A DNA stretch of 64,000 nt from Pseudomonadota bacterium (GTDB lineage: Bacteria; Pseudomonadota; Gammaproteobacteria; Steroidobacterales; JBCBZW01). The notes below the pieces were generated by a model that was not told where the DNA came from, made no database searches, and was given only the letters and a program-made list of their open reading frames with translations. The position numbers and the translations under genes were made by a program. The stretch is from positions 101,908-165,907 of the forward strand of contig JBCCWS010000004.1 in assembly GCA_039193195.1 (NCBI GenBank), read 5' to 3'. How positions within the stretch are numbered: position 1 is the first letter of the stretch; each line of letters starts with the position of its first letter. Of the stretch, positions 60,509-64,000 are shown piece by piece.

Positions 60509-61969
60509 CTAGGCGCAGGGCAAGTTCTGGTCGTGTCGCCACGCCAGCCACAGGCCGAGTGCGAGCTGCAGCATATTGGCTAGGACGCCGGCGATTGCCA
60601 AGCTCACCACCAGCAACAGCGGGTCTCCATCATCGCTCGCGCGTGCCCACAGTACGGCGACGACGAACAGGGCCAGGCGCACGCAGGAGAGCCCGAGCAT
60701 CCAGCGTTGCTTCTCCAGCGCCTGAAACACGGCACTCGTGGGCCCCGTCAGAAACATCGTAAACGCCCAGGGAGCGAGGGGCGGCGCGTAGGGCCCCGCG
60801 CTGGTCCACCCATCACCGAGCACGAACACCAGCAGTGGTTCGCCGATTACGTAAAGCAAAGCGCAGGGCACCACGGCGGCCAGTCCGAGGATGGTTGTCG
60901 CCCGCGCGAGTGGCCAGAACATCGGCTCAGCCCGACGACGACGGCCCGCTGCTCTAGGTAGGGCCACTTGGCGGCCTGCCTGACCAATCGCCCGCGCGGG
61001 TGTGAGGACCAGGCGATGAGCTGCCGCGTAGAAACCGACGATTGCCGGGGCGAACAGCGTGCCGATGAGCAGCAGGGGTAGGCGCTGAGTCAGCGAACGA
61101 ATCAAGGTGCTGGGCAGGCCAAAGAGGGCGAAAGCCGCGTAGCGTCGCGCAGCCTCGCCGATCGTCCATGGATCGGCTTGGTCGGGCGGTGGCGGGTTTG
61201 CCACCGGGTCTCCAGGAGCGGGGCTGTTGCTGCTGCTCGGCGCGCCAATGAGGCTCCAAGCGCGCACCACAAGGCCAACCACGTAAGGCATCAACAACCC
61301 GAGGAACGTGGGGCTCAAACCCAGGCCCCATGCGACCCTCCCAGAGCTGGTTACCCCAGCCTGGGCCAAGGAACTTGCCGCGATCCGCTGGAATGCCTTG
61401 CGGCGCACGGCCCACGCCTGCAGCACGTTGCTTAGGCCCAGCAAACCGACGATCGCGGCCAGTATCAGCCACCAGCCTGGCACGCTGTTGAGCCCAGCCG
61501 GTCGCCAAGCCTCCGGCCATTGGGCAGCGATAAGGGCGAGCGTTATGCAAAAGCCTAGCAGCAGCAACAGAGAGAGGCGGGAAACCTGGCGCGCCCCATG
61601 ACCCTGGCGTGGCAGCGCTATCGCGCCTTCGTAGCCCAAGGAACTGGCTTGGTTGAAGGTGGTGGCGAGGGCTACCAGGAGACTCACCCGTCCGTAGTCG
61701 GCAGGGTCGAAGAGGCGTGTGATCAATGGGATCGCCAGCACCTGGATGACCCGTGCGCCCATGACGCCGCCGAGCAGCGACAGAAGATCCCGGGTTGCAC
61801 GCCCTTCGCTGAATTGCTTGCCGAGAAAGCTCAGCGCCGCGCGAAACCTGCTCAAGGCGAGGCCCACGGGACCGCCCAACCGGACACGCGCGGCCGAGTC
61901 GACACGGCTGATTTCATGGAGCCGCCCCTGGTTCGCGCGTGTGTTGTGACGTGGTCGACATGTCGCCAA
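60509..61969 (-). CDS. polysaccharide biosynthesis membrane protein (Wzx/MOP flippase-like)
   Basis: About 12 hydrophobic segments. The N-terminal RVIQVLAIPLITRLFDPADYG resembles the Wzx-family start. Start codon uncertain. Confidence 0.6.
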   Translation of the reverse strand: MATCRPRHNTRANQGRLHEISRVDSAARVRLGGPVGLALSRFRAALSFLGKQFSEGRATRDLLSLLGGVMGARVIQVLAIPLITRLFDPADYGRVSLLVALATTFNQASSLGYEGAIALPRQGHGARQVSRLSLLLLLGFCITLALIAAQWPEAWRPAGLNSVPGWWLILAAIVGLLGLSNVLQAWAVRRKAFQRIAASSLAQAGVTSSGRVAWGLGLSPTFLGLLMPYVVGLVVRAWSLIGAPSSSNSPAPGDPVANPPPPDQADPWTIGEAARRYAAFALFGLPSTLIRSLTQRLPLLLIGTLFAPAIVGFYAAAHRLVLTPARAIGQAGRQVALPRAAGRRRRAEPMFWPLARATTILGLAAVVPCALLYVIGEPLLVFVLGDGWTSAGPYAPPLAPWAFTMFLTGPTSAVFQALEKQRWMLGLSCVRLALFVVAVLWARASDDGDPLLLVVSLAIAGVLANMLQLALGLWLAWRHDQNLPCA

Positions 61970-62015
61970 TACGAGCGGGCCACTCGCATGCTAATTTCGA
62001 CAGGATTGCGTAATC

Positions 62016-62981
62016 GTGGGCACGCCGGAAGGAGGCACAAGTGCCGTGGTTGGCGAGGCGTTTGGACAGATGAGTGGCTCCGGTGCTAACGGCGGGTCCC
62101 TGCCGCCCGCAGTGGACGCGAATCGCCTCACGGTCGATGGTCGCGCCGGCCCCATCAGCTACTATCACGCCGGATCGGGAACTCCCGTATTGTTGGTCCA
62201 CAGCATCAATGCGGCGGCATCCACCTTCGAGATGCGGCCGATCTTTGAGCATTTGCAGTCCACCCGCAGCACCTACGCCGTCGACCTGCCGGGCTTCGGA
62301 TTCTCCTCGCGTACAGCGCGACGGTACGACGTCACGCTCTACACGACGGCGCTGCTGGATATGCTGGACGTGATCGCCCAGGACCTGCCCGATCGGGCAG
62401 TGGACGTTATCGGTCTCTCGCTCTCGTGCGAGTTCGTGGCCCGAGTCGCCAGCGAACATCCACACCGGGTTCGTCAGCTCGTGCTGATCAACCCAACGGG
62501 CTTTAACCGCCTCGGCGCCCAGGCCAACGGGCCACCGCTGACTAATCGGGAGATCCCAGGCATGCACGCTTTGCTCGCCGCGCCCCTTTGGCGTGAGCCG
62601 CTGTACCGCGCGCTGACCCGCCCCGGGACCATTCGCTACTTTCTCCAGCGCACCTACGGTAGCGATCAGGTGGACGAGGACATGGTCAACTACGATCACC
62701 TCACTGCGCGCCAGGAAGGCGCGAGCCGAGCGCCTCTCGCCTTCTTGAGCGGTCGGCTCTTCAGTAAGGATGTGCGCCGGCTCTACGAGGGCTTGGACAT
62801 GCCCGTTTGGGTTCCCCACGGCACCCGCGGCGACTTCAAAGACTTTTCTCACGCAGAATGGGCTCGTAAGCGGGCCAACTGGTACTTCAGCAGATTCACC
62901 ACCGGCGCCATGCCCCATTTCGAGCGTCCACTCGAGTTCACGGCCAGCCTCGACAGTTTCCTCGACACCGGCGCCCCTTGA
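62016..62981 (+). CDS. alpha/beta-fold hydrolase
   Basis: GTPVLLVHSINAAASTFEMRPIFEHL, YAVDLPGFGFSSR, nucleophile-elbow-like IGLSLSCEFV, and LVLINPTGF. Diverges from the flippase gene. The start could be the internal ATG at 62070. Confidence 0.8.
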   Translation: MGTPEGGTSAVVGEAFGQMSGSGANGGSLPPAVDANRLTVDGRAGPISYYHAGSGTPVLLVHSINAAASTFEMRPIFEHLQSTRSTYAVDLPGFGFSSRTARRYDVTLYTTALLDMLDVIAQDLPDRAVDVIGLSLSCEFVARVASEHPHRVRQLVLINPTGFNRLGAQANGPPLTNREIPGMHALLAAPLWREPLYRALTRPGTIRYFLQRTYGSDQVDEDMVNYDHLTARQEGASRAPLAFLSGRLFSKDVRRLYEGLDMPVWVPHGTRGDFKDFSHAEWARKRANWYFSRFTTGAMPHFERPLEFTASLDSFLDTGAP

Positions 62982-63006
62982 GCCCTCCCCAGACCAACCT
63001 GGGCGC

Positions 63007-63363
63007 TCAGTTCGGGTCCTCGTAGAACACGTACGACGTCGCGTAGTCGCTGAACTCGAAGTACACCTTCTTGCGCCGCTCATCCTCGTCGATCGCCCCG
63101 TTGAGGTTGGCGTCGAAATAGCCGTAGCCAAAGCGGTAGGGCCGTGCCTGGGAGCCGCTTGTGCCCCGCGCCGTGGTGAGCTTGTCGATCCCCATGAATC
63201 GGCGAACCAGCTTGTCGCCCGCATATATCTCGAGTACGCCGTCGGTGCCTGTCCAGTTCTGTACGGCTCGGCCAAGGTTGTTCTGCGTCTCTTGGGTGCA
63301 GCCTCCCAGTAACAGGAGCACCACGCATGGGAGCGCGAAGTCGACGGTGAGACGGTTTTTCAT
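63007..63363 (-). CDS. small lipoprotein of unknown function
   Basis: MKNRLTVDFALPCVVLLLLGGC has a lipobox (LLGGC), start taken at ATG 63363. 118 aa. No family recognised. Confidence 0.6.
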   Translation of the reverse strand: MKNRLTVDFALPCVVLLLLGGCTQETQNNLGRAVQNWTGTDGVLEIYAGDKLVRRFMGIDKLTTARGTSGSQARPYRFGYGYFDANLNGAIDEDERRKKVYFEFSDYATSYVFYEDPN

Positions 63364-64000
63364 CAGCTTAAGCGTCCTCTTCGGTGGAGTCGGTGGTGCA
63401 CAGCAGGCAGATGGTATTCCCGTGATAGGCACTTGGACCAGCTCCTCAAGGCCAAGGGGTACTCTGCGGCAGGTCCCTCAAGGGAATCGTCCGAGCGCTT
63501 GCCTCGGGTGTCGACGTGGCTGAACCCAGGTCGAGGAGCGCCTTGCCCAGCACCCGCCCCTAGACACGCGTGCCAACCCCGTGGAGCCAGCACGCTCGAG
63601 GGCTTGGGTACCTCCTGGGCCGAACGGAGTCCCCGCTGCCGAGTCTTGAGAACTTTCATGAACCGCTGCTCTTCACGGTCGCGTGGGTGCGCCCCACGCG
63701 CAGGAGGGCGGTCACAGGGAATCCTACGGCGATGCGCCGCCGCGACCCATGACCCTACCCGCGCGGAGCCGGCCAGGTGCGAAGTGTTGACGCCGCGTTC
63801 CAACAGCTGGCTGGCCGGGAGTGCATGCGCCGACCACCAGCAGACGGAGGCCGTTGGCCGTCGCTCGAGGCGGGCGGGACGCAGGCGGCGGCGTCCGGCG
63901 GCAGTTTGATCCGTATCGATGTCCATAGGCTGCGCTAGTGTACCGGAGCTCCGTGTCAGCGCCGCGCCGGTGGCTAAACACAGCGAGCGGCGGATCGCTT

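Noticed and set aside
61914-63275. 453-aa minus-strand ORF overlapping the alpha/beta hydrolase (62016..62981) and the small lipoprotein gene
   Set aside because: The plus-strand frame carries clear alpha/beta-hydrolase motifs, and the minus-strand translation has none. It also runs across two differently oriented genes, so I treat it as an antisense artefact.

Overview
High-GC, gammaproteobacterial-type chromosomal segment. It is almost entirely housekeeping, densely packed (many ATGA/GTGA start-stop overlaps), and syntenic with Pseudomonas/Xanthomonas/Chromatiales-like layouts. Many proteins carry acidic tails, which hints at a halophile; the taxon cannot be determined from the sequence alone. 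Gene order: nuoL(partial)-nuoM-nuoN; initiator tRNA; metallophosphoesterase + PPTase; rimP-nusA-infB-rbfA-truB-rpsO-pnp; YheT-like hydrolase; phaR; gluQ-dksA; queF; smc-zipA-ligA; a three-gene islet of unknown function; bolA-yciI-yciB; yciO; a trpS-like gene; scpA-scpB-rluB; a tightly overlapped minus-strand operon (mtaD-ubiG-HAD phosphatase-rmuC-phytoene-synthase-like-yciK); gyrA-aroA-cmk-rpsA-ihfB-lapA; comEA; galU; oxyR; a giant MscK-like channel; then a polysaccharide cluster with three sulfotransferases. I found no CRISPR array, rRNA, transposase or integrase. The best candidate for an undescribed system is the lower-GC islet at 26272-29615. It has two paralogous HTH-like proteins flanking a secreted protein with nine AIVGTG repeats, plus a hairpin-rich ORF-free spacer. 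Other points worth a second look: a TrpRS homologue whose HIGH and KMSKS motifs are both degenerate but whose Cys4 motif is intact; a DksA with a ~130-aa histone-H1-like Lys/Ala tail; two promoter-leader-terminator modules (upstream of rimP, and between phaR and a hydrolase that lacks a canonical start codon); and the triple-sulfotransferase polysaccharide cluster, which is translationally overlapped with the mechanosensitive channel gene. All calls come from reading the translations and the DNA by eye; no database search was possible.
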